Positions 20,401 through 29,600 of a stretch of 57,378 nucleotides of DNA are shown here, piece by piece. Origin of the DNA: a virus. Its lineage: Duplodnaviria > Caudoviricetes. The position numbers and the translations under genes were made by a program. Positions within the stretch are counted from its first letter, which is position 1; every line of letters starts with the position of its first letter. The DNA lies in IMG/VR virus record IMGVR_UViG_3300047200_000271, positions 1-57,378 of that record. One strand, given 5' to 3'. Under the pieces are notes generated by a model. That model made no database searches and was not told the DNA's origin. It worked only from the letters and a program-made list of their open reading frames with translations.

Positions 20401-22429
20401 CAACTGGCTCGACTGGCGTAGATTCAAACTTTTCACCAAAGTCAGGATTAGTGTATTCATCCTGCGTTGCAGACGGAGTCTCACCGAGCACAGATTCTGC
20501 CTCACGGCGAGACAATTCACCCTTGATGGATGAAGGCTGCACAGTGAACGATCCAATGCGTGGATGGTCAACCAGGCGCACTATATGACCATACTTGTTT
20601 TGGCCGACAACAATAGCCGTTTGTTCACCAAACTGGCTAGTGTTTACATCAATAACATCTCCGCGTTTATAACGTTTTGATGGACCCTCGAAATCAATTA
20701 TTGACTCAGCAGCTTTGGCAATACGACCAAGGTTTAACTCAATAGCCGCAGCTCGCTGTTCCTTGTTGCGAATACCCTTGATTGCCTCAAGGTCTGATCC
20801 AAACTGGCGACGTATTTTACCTACTACAGTAAGCTGTTCTGGAGTTAACTCAAGAACCGCTTCGTTTTCAGAACCTTGACCAAACTTCCATTGATTCTTT
20901 AGGATTTTCTCCGGTGGTATAAGGTCAGATAAGCTACGTGGAAGTTCGTTTTCTTGCACTTGACCACGAGGTATTACAGCACCAGCTTCATCAACATTGA
21001 TCTGAGATTCATGCACACGCATGTGCGTCCCATCAGGTAGTGCAACAATGTACATACCCTGACGCTTCTGGTTGACCTGTTTTACAACACGAGCTGGAAA
21101 TGCTGGGAGACTAGGATCAAGCGTAACTTCTGCATCAAACACTTGTTTGTTAAAGTTATCAAACGCCTCTGGCATAAACGGAGCTGGTTTATCATTCGGC
21201 TTTACACCATGCTCAGTCATTACGTTTGCAATACGTGTTGCAATCTTCTCGTTTCGTATTTCAGTTAGAGGAACGGTACTAATTCGCGACACACCATCAG
21301 GACCAATGTCTTTAACTACAACGCCAGCATCGCGGCTGATGCCGAGGATAGACCTGCGAACACCAGCTGCTTTGTCTGTGTACTCAATTAACGGAGTGCG
21401 CTTGAATATGAACTCAGTACTCGTAAGAGAGTCAGCTGCGTTTTTGGATCTATATCCTTCCAGCACAAAGTCATTGTCTGTATGTATCCATGCGCGACGT
21501 TTTTCAGGATCGTATACAGCGTATTCAGCACCCTTAATAATAGGCTGACCTTCAGCATTGACATCTCCGCTCAACCTACCACCTAGGTTGAACCGACGAT
21601 ACCGACTTTCTGTCGGTGTGATCGTCCCCTCTTGCTCTCGCATTTGAGTCTGTCTGCGCTCTACTTGATCAGCTTTGACCTCCGCACGTTTATTCGCAAG
21701 TTTATTGAGATTTGAGAGCATAAATTCAGGACTCTTAAGCCTGTTGTAAGGCTCAGTCATAGCCTTACCAAATTTAGTCTCACCACTAAGAAGAGCACCT
21801 ACTGCTCCATTACCAAGAATCTGCCACGCACTTAAGCCAGGTAAACCTTGACGCTTTTGTTCTTCCGATTGTTGATAACTTTCAAATGCACCTTGTGCAA
21901 ATTCAGTCGAACGGTCAGCTAGATCGTGCACGGTTTCACGCACACCTTCATTTCTTAACGCTTTACCGCCTTGCTTATTAAGGGCACTGACTGCTTTACG
22001 TACTCCTACGCCTGGAATCTTAAGTGATGGAGCAAAGAACGTCATGTCACCAGCAAGTGAACCAATACTTTGTGCTTGACTATAATTTACTGCGTTGAAC
22101 TGTTGAGCTTCACGACGTTTATTCATCGCTGCTGCACCAATAAGGTGCTCAAGAGCTCTGTCGTTAATCTCTTGGTTTATGTTAGTGCCAATGGTTCCAC
22201 CACCAGCTGCACCAAGTACAGTTCCAAGCAGAATACCTAAGCCACGGTATTTACCCTTGACTAGTTTTCCACCTAGAGCACCGCCACCCATAGCACCAAG
22301 GTCGCCACCAATGAGAGTTCCTGGCATACTAGCGATACGTTCGCCGTACGCCATTCCAGCAGCTTCACCTGCACCAACAAGAGGGCTCTCTGACTGACGA
22401 AACACACTACCTGAATCATTACCACGCAA
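11414..22429 (-). CDS. Giant virion-ejected / polyvalent-type protein (3671 aa; probably continuous with 22273-23019)
   Basis: Last gene of the structural operon; Gly/Ala-rich hydrophobic N-region, SH3-like segments, tandem unknown domain, coiled coil, HEIAH zincin motif, degenerate ART-like region, GRIRIGDFRIDP C-terminal motif. Confidence 0.8.
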   Translation of the reverse strand: MRGNDSGSVFRQSESPLVGAGEAAGMAYGERIASMPGTLIGGDLGAMGGGALGGKLVKGKYRGLGILLGTVLGAAGGGTIGTNINQEINDRALEHLIGAAAMNKRREAQQFNAVNYSQAQSIGSLAGDMTFFAPSLKIPGVGVRKAVSALNKQGGKALRNEGVRETVHDLADRSTEFAQGAFESYQQSEEQKRQGLPGLSAWQILGNGAVGALLSGETKFGKAMTEPYNRLKSPEFMLSNLNKLANKRAEVKADQVERRQTQMREQEGTITPTESRYRRFNLGGRLSGDVNAEGQPIIKGAEYAVYDPEKRRAWIHTDNDFVLEGYRSKNAADSLTSTEFIFKRTPLIEYTDKAAGVRRSILGISRDAGVVVKDIGPDGVSRISTVPLTEIRNEKIATRIANVMTEHGVKPNDKPAPFMPEAFDNFNKQVFDAEVTLDPSLPAFPARVVKQVNQKRQGMYIVALPDGTHMRVHESQINVDEAGAVIPRGQVQENELPRSLSDLIPPEKILKNQWKFGQGSENEAVLELTPEQLTVVGKIRRQFGSDLEAIKGIRNKEQRAAAIELNLGRIAKAAESIIDFEGPSKRYKRGDVIDVNTSQFGEQTAIVVGQNKYGHIVRLVDHPRIGSFTVQPSSIKGELSRREAESVLGETPSATQDEYTNPDFGEKFESTPVEPVDVKEETVGAPKLEPDHEKVDEIELSPYTKGKLAQQVSDFLDNSGIADDIRDGDFAEGEIEDVTPEIIDAEIVDEGIDTGPTALLGEKPKDVVDTGTDTGTDAGTDTGTDTEALAPGVVLHDTAHKVRTVLRDKPNIEGLNVDFVPIRYEARYSPARGEAVQEFVGKSKIINYNDRKVVLVYINGIQVPFYCSSGLGGKKDVPPGKWYPFFGIGAGSWFNKSSGPEITSYYGSPEFTKVAQYLDQNLGDVRSVPDLPKVGFTFNRKPASHVTQINEGLSPAENERPDTAENLRKNIDETLRRVREAVSKSKSPSASEYIDPDSIATDDVDSIAKLTKTNGQLDGFVDGKRPLGKHTQLQLPGFKSTGAYLNGKLFASMGNAQTYTSEIFNYSDRIITVVDINGAKIPFYCSTGHNPKDGVNPGQWYPFFGLGENWLNKGSSAAMSEYYGLPSLREVSESLDAKYGDVRKLAGYDAGVDPVDARLQNLVIPNYDGGSWGRRNAKNLVDFTNQSFDKVIDNVAEASANRNWLNERLAPLMSALKGEGVTDTGTGDVGNDTEETAVGTSRRKAIESLGPIGKRLDLDKIYYDEFNVRNIVTNAHKLGLAYTTNRYIVASKSLGFNNQVPVIKELLTKYLDGIGVDSEKRNELIDVATATYRDLYKGRPSLQSTINDGFFRPKEKIDTSNVDDAFMAKRPSFTGRAANRTKDGFIVTVKNTVLNVKINRDDAGDVRVRMEMTQYDAKKKNVTGQAVTEYTAKRQQGGEWHVFNTVYGDQRDASAFFTVKGSDRDFMRNLVRGMVNHSIGMKNSDPNWKSATDVSVEQSPEAQRKASDLSARKAEAEAKRAEVEANKEKQRQANKDKWQAELALRERLAEQANEIKREELRVKQKTTDTSAEITDLKSKLEKLQTDIGASAQQASDDLKSVKDQLTDVTDRLRKAKKKAKEAKNDAEKRQAEAIESALESQSKKHQADIAALQRIVDGVQNADKLATSQLEKKIEQLIEQVIKQQQELAGRSVQLSSDTTDNDARINALLAQMRMIESGYDTKIDELNTQIENLTKQLNNVGTSTETPKRVKKETVYKESEIESIVQNREIVTVLKEINGTQYKFDATIVNNRTQLKTVLREQYGYTQTGANYWSGIVDHFARAWAVRQLAARQRVRDIRPTERTTSEGTVELVMHRVLRQDEETVKSVAMLMREFYRDRFAAFAYVSDLSKLDDVGYGATFKAAREDGTSFNVIAAFASRDEETGVHEIAHALLRGMDKPYRDKLLAQMQRTRASAGVFSDAMPIDSEELFVGMFVASLRNQVTPVVQGNYESGDPRVQARDLDLFWNGTGKYLNEVFSTVTGKNIKNQNGDNLTQWVAPFDPNIRLFKGMQVYVSKDGEDNLAIVTKPDPKDKAAYDAYRTSYAPEGKVEVHIAGDQNPVLIDRGDISNLGGLTQGFNPGMLETLSKYLGAYYRESDANIWKSVKHLMEDFNDTLVPSTGTSDSIASSETDQGNQEGQQPDEQAQPNNYIATKETIKPEYEYDGNPIVVVSTQQQHELDALRELFDGTGIKVIDNGDLFPVGFSPTDVNLHLLTGIPYNKIPSKVFVWTSGYSDIRGLSGMRLRTALINQGVLSNAVSTNQYKWSSQLNALRDAARTNVINMMQNRDLSMRDMMINPMELGSTDRRDPYTVSEILSNISTMLNDGQLMHLLGVTTSGHDMLRTANLNSIGHDMLLGRIYARFGQDGLKHWADMVKMKPVIDEIFKYEPLTLANINRLFEYGNPSRRTPLAYALDKAAEYVANPRSTVDNGQMNPGTGFDSAVYLAMNSVDSDEAVKLLEKMQLSNDKRSRINPATWQAMAKGLQGFYRNDIDMEYMFNPKGGSVQIHLRDYARKIIDGTISNPGDFQRMNSRLELALSLDYMSREANGEYVPRYPYKEHEIRNYREAVSYELKEGLVDLFRHNQGATGKFSPVPITLQDGSVIFDRVKAQQTHPLGTLKVSVSSGDTLFKAAGTDQFLPYTAKAKQYNPDTVVLKPYMTQGHRLLPKRSWVTAMLLAELNNKQEIMRNSHIEEIALSGKLPKIVLSEADKKANLPINSTEVRTELKPIIQSMIKSGRIDGDIVRDSRGKPSNVYNLYRAATTMSDGAALLNYARTETKAFKKWSGNNPVVEAITTSDLRPNVAIGEIAPAVRANIRKYMSGKSIVKFAKSLNGTLTPEDAVELEVLMDDYLRGETTLAEIRQGIDAAIDDPNELQALIDTVSQQLASAKFDTARIHTADSDSYQDASTRPRTGRPLVTVGFAPNKTLSWLRSAGGFVMSGGPSDQTGYNQFGYYLRVDNPLVVDLSGQGMDAVSVENMFAKNPTRDGIVLLNAKHSIGGLNTTQNIILPRSNHAKLPWTTWTETKSVPTAYPSEFDYILRDKSQDEWMNEDVAFMGRMPDINYKPDYAGKAEPAATSGPRAETPIRVRKTRVPDTADKLTSIVDFINDVTRLTLSSDLAFMTLQAGIISLSNPAIGFKAFLMAMRGFAPNLRVEWFGGIGHRKLGREVYHDIGDAMRQNPAYELAREAGLPLGMFEIDERFADALSIELHNLRRINPDATLDDCRTTLMDIDELGTNDEWFIKNRLSRHLPGQGQFERFNAILHDQILLLAFDNWHKQFLAMGYVEGSEKMKRALKDGARILAVTTGDVAYSTNKQRDATAGRIAKLLFTAPRWVMSRALIDPWVNSVLSGDSFSLLHDLMGHDNPVWNLYKGDQAAASLGRTMYGRLVGGQIFMMILAILWQNFNPETEVETDVTRQAGRIRIGDFRIDPPAGLFDHYRLGYRLMEAALQTGPSDAKKAKKSDGTIIEKIASDLGREVSYKASPMLNMAVGIFQTGKTPIGEPMFGQNEAATHVYNQLVLPRLIEMNGGIQPWMTDVRVSNAFIERFPTAVTQFIDSYYAADKYGANPAVYSGLNTGLNFIGLKTEIKPVKALKERKRKNYESNSAEAPSAKSVIEQQGLIGLFRGQD
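20072..20127 (-). repeat. 12-bp tandem repeat encoding a (DTGT)n linker
   Basis: DTGTDTGTDAGTDTGTDT. Confidence 0.85.
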
Positions 22430-23019
22430 CCGATCATCGATTGCACCAAGTGGTGAGCAATAGGACCAGCTTGACTAAACTGGTTTGCAGCTTCAGCGTC
22501 ATTAAAAGACTTACTGATGATTGGAAGTTCTGCACCACCTACATAAGGAATATTTTCATTTAACTGACCAGACGTATCTGGACCAAAACGATAAACATCT
22601 TCAGGTGTATAACCTAGTGCCCCTAGGTACTTTTGTGTATTACTCTTATCAAGACTAGCTTCTGCTGAAAGCGCATCTTTTTTACTAGTACGGAACTGTT
22701 CGATTTGCTCAGGAGATAGATCTGGCCTGAACTCACGATCTACAAACTGCTTGCGCTTTACTGGGTCTTGAGTAAGTTCGACCGCACGATTAGCTTTAAA
22801 TGCAGCGTATTCATTCCGTTGCTTTGGTGTTATAAGTTCTTTTTCAGACAGCTTTTGAACAATGTCTGAAAACTTGTTACTGAATAACACGTCATCGTAC
22901 TGTGTGCCTTGTTGTAAAAATTTGAGAGCACCTTGCTTTGTACTAAAGTTAGGTAAGTTCTCAATTAATTCACGAGCACCAGCACTACGAGCGAATTCTT
23001 CTTTTATTCGGTCGGGCAT
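22273..23019 (-). CDS. N-terminal part of the giant protein (frameshifted near 22455)
   Basis: Natural-looking sequence up to AGPIA, then an out-of-frame-looking tail; the giant frame is open from ~22470; has its own leaderless -10 box. Confidence 0.7.
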   Translation of the reverse strand: MPDRIKEEFARSAGARELIENLPNFSTKQGALKFLQQGTQYDDVLFSNKFSDIVQKLSEKELITPKQRNEYAAFKANRAVELTQDPVKRKQFVDREFRPDLSPEQIEQFRTSKKDALSAEASLDKSNTQKYLGALGYTPEDVYRFGPDTSGQLNENIPYVGGAELPIISKSFNDAEAANQFSQAGPIAHHLVQSMIGCVVMIQVVCFVSQRALLLVQVKLLEWRTANVSLVCQELSLVATLVLWVAVL

Positions 23020-23031
23020 GAAGTCATTTTA
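23017..23031 (-). promoter_or_regulatory. Leaderless promoter TAAAAT-6 nt-ATG
   Basis: Minus strand TAAAAT gacttc ATG; no SD. Confidence 0.55.
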
Positions 23032-23063
23032 CAACATGCCCAACTTACACAATAGCAACCCTG

Positions 23064-24869
23064 TTACTTGCCTTCACCAAATATTCTATTAAACATTTGA
23101 TCTCTTGTTTCACCAGTTGGTTTTCGTTCTACTGGTTTTGGCGGCTTTGTCGGCTTTGGTGGTTGTGTCGGCTTTGGTGGTTGTGTCGGCTTTGGTGGGT
23201 TAGGCCCTCCACCCATACCTGCACTATCAGGAGTTCTTCCTCCAAACCCTCCGAAGTTATTATTTACTCTAGCCATTGTTGCGTCTGTTGGAGCTTGATA
23301 AAGACCAGCGGATCTGTCAACCTCGTAACCGTGACGTGAACCCATAGTTCCAAACATAGCAGGATTATTTTGAATAGCATGTCCAAGTGCTGCCATTAAA
23401 GGGTTGTCAGTTAAAAAACCGGTATTAGCCATGTCATTACCAATAATTCCAAGGTTTGCCCACTCCATTGGTGAACCTGTCTCAGTTACACCCCATCTAT
23501 TCATTTCTCCTACTTGAGTATTCAAACCAGCAACCATATCGTCAATTTCTTTTATTGCAGCTTGTGTATTCTTGTTACTCGGATCGTAGTTTGGGCTATT
23601 TATAATTTTTGTTTTTTCTTGTATAGCCATAGTCATAGACTTCTTTAAGTCACCAGTAGCAGTAAAGATGCTGCGAACATTCAGGTTTCTCTCGTCGCCA
23701 ACTTTACGTTCCAAGTCTGCATTACGGTACGTCATCATGTCACCGTGCCGGTTATTTAAATTCTGTTCTTTGAGTTGTGCAAACGCAAGTCTAGCCCTAC
23801 CAAGAGCTTGACTGGCCATTGCCGCAGATGCCTTTAACGGCGCAAATCGTACATCCGTTAGAGCTTTCTTAGTCCTAGCTTCCATTAAAGCTATTTCAGG
23901 TAGAAGCTTTTTCTCCGCTATCTGAATCCTACTTGTTGATGCAGCAGCAGATGCTTTCTTTGATTCTATAGCAGCTTTATCTGTTTCCTTCATGCCGTAT
24001 GTAGCACGTACAGGAACATCCTTGGGTGTTGCTTCACGCTCACGCGAAATCATTACGCTGTCAGGAATGCCAGACTTAACTGCTTTTTGAATTTGTTCAG
24101 GCGAACGGAACATGTCCTCTGGTTTCATAGACATCATGTCGCCGAAGTTTTGAGGCATGTTAGCAGTAGTCACCCCGCCGTAATACTTTGCAGCACCTTG
24201 ACCCATCATTCCCATCAAGTCTTTAGTTTGATCATTTATAGGGGCATTGGAAAACTCTAGGAAGTTACGGCTACCTTCAGGACGAGTGGCCATAGATTGA
24301 CCAACCTGTGGAGTGTCTGCGCCGTAAATCTCCTGAATAGACTGAGGATCATAAAACTGTGTAGTTGGATCATTACCGTAATCAGGATTGACTAGATTAC
24401 CAGCTCCAATTTTGCGTTCAGTAACACCTGGAATGATTGAACCAGGAGCAGCAAGTGATCTGTCAAGTTGATCTTGTGTAAGTCCCCAAGGACGATCTGG
24501 AGTAGCTCCATAAAGATTCATGATATTGCCGCGAAGTTGATGAATACCAGTGTCAAGTTCTGCGCCCGTTCTACCTTCAAGGCGTTTCATCCCACGGTCC
24601 ATCTCAAGGCCAACATCACCAAGTGTTTTCTGACGAAATTCTTCTTGTTTAAGTCTTCCAGCAGCAACGTCAGATTTACGTTTGTCCGCTCTGTCTTCTT
24701 CAAGAGAAGTTAACTTAGCCATCTCAATAGCGTTGCGCTGTCGATCAGATTTAAGTCGTGCGTTAGTAGTAATCAAGTTCTGACGTTCACGTCGGCCTTG
24801 ACTTCGTGCATTCATGTAACCTTGACCTAGACCAAGTAGAGCTCGTGTTAATCCAGAACTTACTGCCAT
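23064..24869 (-). CDS. Putative internal virion/ejection protein (601 aa)
   Basis: Between the Gly-rich ejection-like gene and the giant gene; LLGLGQGY N-terminus, helical, PKPTQP repeats. Confidence 0.6.
   Translation of the reverse strand: MAVSSGLTRALLGLGQGYMNARSQGRRERQNLITTNARLKSDRQRNAIEMAKLTSLEEDRADKRKSDVAAGRLKQEEFRQKTLGDVGLEMDRGMKRLEGRTGAELDTGIHQLRGNIMNLYGATPDRPWGLTQDQLDRSLAAPGSIIPGVTERKIGAGNLVNPDYGNDPTTQFYDPQSIQEIYGADTPQVGQSMATRPEGSRNFLEFSNAPINDQTKDLMGMMGQGAAKYYGGVTTANMPQNFGDMMSMKPEDMFRSPEQIQKAVKSGIPDSVMISREREATPKDVPVRATYGMKETDKAAIESKKASAAASTSRIQIAEKKLLPEIALMEARTKKALTDVRFAPLKASAAMASQALGRARLAFAQLKEQNLNNRHGDMMTYRNADLERKVGDERNLNVRSIFTATGDLKKSMTMAIQEKTKIINSPNYDPSNKNTQAAIKEIDDMVAGLNTQVGEMNRWGVTETGSPMEWANLGIIGNDMANTGFLTDNPLMAALGHAIQNNPAMFGTMGSRHGYEVDRSAGLYQAPTDATMARVNNNFGGFGGRTPDSAGMGGGPNPPKPTQPPKPTQPPKPTKPPKPVERKPTGETRDQMFNRIFGEGK
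23134..23201 (-). repeat. 18-bp tandem repeat encoding (PPKPTQ)n
   Basis: GGTTGTGTCGGCTTTGGT units on the plus strand. Confidence 0.85.
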
Positions 24870-24878
24870 TTATTTCAC

Positions 24879-26243
24879 CTAAAATCCAAATCGACCAGGC
24901 GTGTTATTGATTCCATAATATAGATCAGGAGTGAATTGTGATTGATAACCGTAATCATCAGGTTGACTTGCTAAATTCATGTTACCCATACGTGGACCAG
25001 ACCTTTTGAAAGTTGGAATGTCAACAGTAGGGTTGCCGCCTTGAAAATCAAACTGTCGATTACCTACACCGGGCATCTGTCCAGGCATTTGTGTCTGTGG
25101 GGCCATCCCACCAGGAGTTCCACCAGCTCGTTGTGCTACAAGATCTCTAACATTCATACCACCATAAGGCATAGACTGAGCCTCATCGCCCATGCCGTAC
25201 ATTTTCATCAATCGATCCATCTGCGATTGATTAGCTTGATCACCTAGGTAAGACATTCCAAGTTGTGCTATGCCACCCATAGCAGCTCCCTCACGATCTC
25301 TGTTGGCTTGAGACAATGCGTCAGCTCTGGCTTTTTCTTGAGCGTTAAGGTTGTACATGTTCTGATCAAGCTGGAACATATTTTGTCTACCTTGATTAAA
25401 CAACCCTTGACCACGATTAATCTGATTGCCAATCATGCCAGACATCTGATTAATATAGCCTGGTTGTTGGTTCATGTTATTCATGGCGGCGTTATAGCCA
25501 CCTTGCGCCTGAGCTCCAATAGCAGCTTGATTAATTCCGCCAAAACCTGATAATGCTTGACCGCCACCAATCATTCCACTAGTGGCTCGCATTCTAGCTT
25601 CGGCAGCACGCCGTGCCGATTCAGTGTTAGCTGCCGCACCAGCCATCTGCCTTGTGTTGTATTCAGTAGACAATCCACGCTCAGACAGTTCTCTGAGTTT
25701 TCCAATTTGATCTTCAAGCATTGGATTGTACTTATCAAGCATGGACCTACCAGTGCCCATGTCTTCTCCGTACGATCCACGCATTGATTGCATGTTCCCT
25801 TTAGCTTGACCCATTTCAATCTCTTGTTGTGAAGGGCCACTTTTTCGGCCAATACCAAGAGACTTACCAAGTGAACTTAATCCACCAAGGGCAGCTGGTA
25901 AAAGAGCACCAATCATTTGAGCTTGGCCAACACCTGGGATAGCCATCCCAAGTGCTTTCATGCCAGCACCTCCAAGGCCTTGTCTTAGAGCATATTGACC
26001 AAGGGAGGCCATTGGGCCAGCTTTAGACCCAAATAGCATGCCCGGCAATGCGCCCATACCATAGTCTCGAAGACCACCCATCAATCCAGCCGCTGCTCCT
26101 TGTGAACCATTTTGTGCAGCGTTCTGAGTTGGAAATCGAGGGTCTGGATTTTGACCAGGCGCATTAAGTTTAAATTGGTTAGGCTTTGTCTTAAAGTACG
26201 CTCCACTACCACCGCCATAAGATCCTGGTCCATTTGTACTCAT
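24879..26243 (-). CDS. Putative Gly/Gln/Met-rich ejection (pilot) protein
   Basis: Gly-zipper hydrophobic region (GAGMKALGMAIPGVG..ALGGL); start moved to ATG 26243 (TAATG overlap). Confidence 0.6.
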   Translation of the reverse strand: MSTNGPGSYGGGSGAYFKTKPNQFKLNAPGQNPDPRFPTQNAAQNGSQGAAAGLMGGLRDYGMGALPGMLFGSKAGPMASLGQYALRQGLGGAGMKALGMAIPGVGQAQMIGALLPAALGGLSSLGKSLGIGRKSGPSQQEIEMGQAKGNMQSMRGSYGEDMGTGRSMLDKYNPMLEDQIGKLRELSERGLSTEYNTRQMAGAAANTESARRAAEARMRATSGMIGGGQALSGFGGINQAAIGAQAQGGYNAAMNNMNQQPGYINQMSGMIGNQINRGQGLFNQGRQNMFQLDQNMYNLNAQEKARADALSQANRDREGAAMGGIAQLGMSYLGDQANQSQMDRLMKMYGMGDEAQSMPYGGMNVRDLVAQRAGGTPGGMAPQTQMPGQMPGVGNRQFDFQGGNPTVDIPTFKRSGPRMGNMNLASQPDDYGYQSQFTPDLYYGINNTPGRFGF

Positions 26244-26686
26244 TACGCTACCTTCACCCATCCATTAAAAGTGCTAAACTTGATACCTATAAACATTGCA
26301 GCTTGATACTGCGATGAAAGATTAGTAAACGCAGCCAGCTTGTAAACTGTTTCACCACTAGCCGCATTGATAGTGACAGTGTTAGCTGAAGAATCTGTTT
26401 TCATAACTGCAACTAGTTTACCAACACCTGATCCACCAGTAGGTAACGTAATAACCACAGCTGCCGCAGACGCATCAGCCATGATTAGTAACGGAGAATC
26501 AACAAATGTTTGAGATGCTGTTATGACTTTTGTAATCATGTTGACTGGAGCGTAAGGCAACAACGGTGTGCCAAAAATGGTTGTCTGTTCAATATCTACA
26601 ACAGTTACTCCATTAAGTGAGCCTGTACTAGATGAACTACTACTACTTGGTGATGAGTCATCAGGGTAGATGATATCCATTGACAT
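26243..26686 (-). CDS. Small beta-rich tail-associated protein
   Basis: ADASAAAVVITLP...VMKTDSSANTVTI...GETV pattern typical of tail fibre modules. Confidence 0.6.
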   Translation of the reverse strand: MSMDIIYPDDSSPSSSSSSSTGSLNGVTVVDIEQTTIFGTPLLPYAPVNMITKVITASQTFVDSPLLIMADASAAAVVITLPTGGSGVGKLVAVMKTDSSANTVTINAASGETVYKLAAFTNLSSQYQAAMFIGIKFSTFNGWVKVA

Positions 26687-29600
26687 TAGAGTGACCTCGC
26701 AATACGTGCGTCAGCACAGTGTATATGGGAAGAATAAATTCGATTAGGTGTATTTGACCAACCGTACAGGTTTAACTGCATAACAGTTGCTAGAGTAGAT
26801 CTGTTTACACTTCTAATACCAAAGGTACGGTTGAAGTTAATTGGTATAAACCAAGTTCCTGTTCCGTGTTTATTTGTACTTGTTTCATCTTGAATAGCCC
26901 AGTTAAAAGCAAACCCGTGAGCAGCTGCAATTCCAGTGCCAGTTACTGATGATGATATTGCTGAACCATCTAAGTTCTTCACTGTAAATGATGATCCAGT
27001 AGCAGATGAAATTAAGTAGTAAGTATTCACCACTACATTAGTTACAATATTGACACTAAGTAGAACTAAGTCATTTGCATTGAATGTATTTGTTGCTGTG
27101 ATAACAGGTCCTACATATGATGTTGATCCGGTTAATCCAGATATTCCAGCACCAGTAAACATATGGCAGTCAAGTTGCGAGACGCGGTTTTGATTGTAAT
27201 ATGCAATACCTTCCGAATACGTTTGCCCGTATTGCCTGGTAGTCAAGGACCAGTAAATAGGGTTGGTCGTAGTTGTTGTCTGCATGTCTACATTGCCAGA
27301 TAATTTGTATATCTGACCATTAGTTCCTAGTGCATAAAAGTCAGCTTGGTCATTTCCAAAACTCATTGACACGCCACCAGTAAACCCTTGGAATGAAGTT
27401 GGAGCTGTACCGTACGTTGACGTAGTAGGTATAGTACGCCATCGTGTCCAACCATTAGTACGTGTGTCATACACATAGACATAAGTATTAACTGAGTCAC
27501 CAACGCCAGGGGCAAAGACAAACAGTCGAGCATTATGCACAGCGTAGCTTATACCCCTGTAGGCAGACGCTGTTAAATCAGGAGCACCAGTTGCTTTATC
27601 AAGAGACAACATCTTCCTAAGTTCTATACTCCTAGGAACAATGTTTCCATTAGTAAATTCAACTACACCTATTGGACTTTGCCACATCAGTTGGCCAAAC
27701 ACAGATAATGCAGCTCTAGGTGCAACGCACCCTGTAGATGCTTCTGTAATCATTGACTGAATTGTAAACGTATTTGGATCCCAACCAAGTAAAGGGTAAA
27801 CACTACGCTCTCTAACAACCAGCATTGCAGCCGATGAACTGTTGTTAAAGAACATCTGGTCACCAGAATATGAAAGTAAAGTTACGATTTTTTCATTGTC
27901 TGATTTAGAAGATAGCGTAAAACTAGTTCCTTTAGAATCATGTGATGGGTCAGTCGCATCAGGAACTAGGGTTGTATATAGAGAATATTCATTCCCATAG
28001 TTTAGTACCCAGGAGCCATAAACAGTGTTTCCTTTAGACACCCATAGACGTTTTTGATGAATAGCAAGAGACGTGCAACCATTCGGAATTTGATCTCTAC
28101 CCGCTTCAAAGAATTGACCTTGGTCGTATGGACCAGCTTCATAAAATAGATCACCATCTGGCACGTTATCAAAAAACGTAATCTCATTCCAAGTACCAGA
28201 CGTAGTTACAGATGTAGCTGTTGAAGTCCAGTTAGTACCACTACTAGATGCACTAATTGGAACAACAGCAATGAGTCTAAATCGTCCATCAGGGAATACG
28301 CCATTAGCTCTACGGTAAACAAGTACGTGACTGTACTTATATGTAGATGCTGATGCGTAAGTTGGATTATGCCTAAGCCATACCGCAGTAGTACCTGTAA
28401 ATGCTGTTACGTTTTTGATTGCAAAAGACAACGTGGCTGGTACATTTGCAGTCAAAACAACCGTTCGTCCAGCAGTTCCAGTTGAATCGGTGTATGTAAG
28501 AGTTCCAGTAGAAGTAGATATTACAGATAATTGATTAGCAGCTGGAATTGTGTCTGTAACAAATTCACTAGGTGATGCCGATATTACAAGTGGATATGTA
28601 TCCCATTGAAGATCGGATGCAGGGTCAACCTGTGGGTTGATAACAACAGACGCCTTACTGTACGCTGCTGTTGTGTGAATAGAGTTACTAGCGTTAGATG
28701 GAAGCGTCTCAAGACCTGTCTGGTATGTAGTTCCTTCGTGATAAGTTGGAGGACGCAAGTTTGTCTGATCACTGCTATACCACCGGGTAAATGCATATTC
28801 GTAATCGGTTTCAGGAGTCAAGTTACCGTTTGATACAAGTTCGCCTACTGAGAATAATATGGAGTTATTAATTACGTCAGAATACTCAGTCTCACACCGT
28901 AGATACATATATTGAATATTGTTACGTTTAACCTGAGAGATTCCATATATTTTCCACGTCATATATCCCTTATCTGGATCATAAACTCCATAGCCAGTCC
29001 ACTCAGGAGCAGTGGCTCCAGTGTTTAAAAGCCCAAGGCTAAGGTAAGGAATATTAGTTTTTATTGCAGTCGGAAAATCCATTCGTAAACTGATTGTGTC
29101 TTCTTTTGAAAAGTCTACTTTATTCAAATTACTGAATCTAAGACTAGTGCCTTTAATGTAACCAGCAGCTAGTGGTGACACAGATGTGTTGACTTGTTTT
29201 GCTCTAATACTAACTAGGGATTGCCCGTCGAGAGCATTCTGTAAATCTGGAACGACGTGATCAACAATACTGTAAAAACAAATATTGTCAGCAAAAATAC
29301 CTTGATCTGAACCAGTAGTTTGAGCTGGGTTACCTACAGCTAATGAAATAGAAACTTTACCTATTGAACTTGTCCAAGCGCGAAAATCAACAACTACACT
29401 AACAGCCTTCCAGTCATTAGTCGATGTTGCTACAACTGGTGAAATATTCTGTGTAAATACAGCTCCTGTAATAGCTGTACCTGAACTATCCTTTCCAGTA
29501 ACAGTAATACGTACTGACTGATTACGTGGTGCAGTCATACTGTCGTTGTTAAACATCACGCACTTGAATACAAATAAAGCTGCCTTCTTAGTCTCTCCGT

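Noticed and set aside
11414-22429. Giant protein as a virion RNA polymerase (N4 or crAss type)
   Set aside because: Size fits, but I saw no DxDGD/DFDID-type or T7-like catalytic motifs; RIDGD lacks the context. A profile search is needed to exclude it fully.
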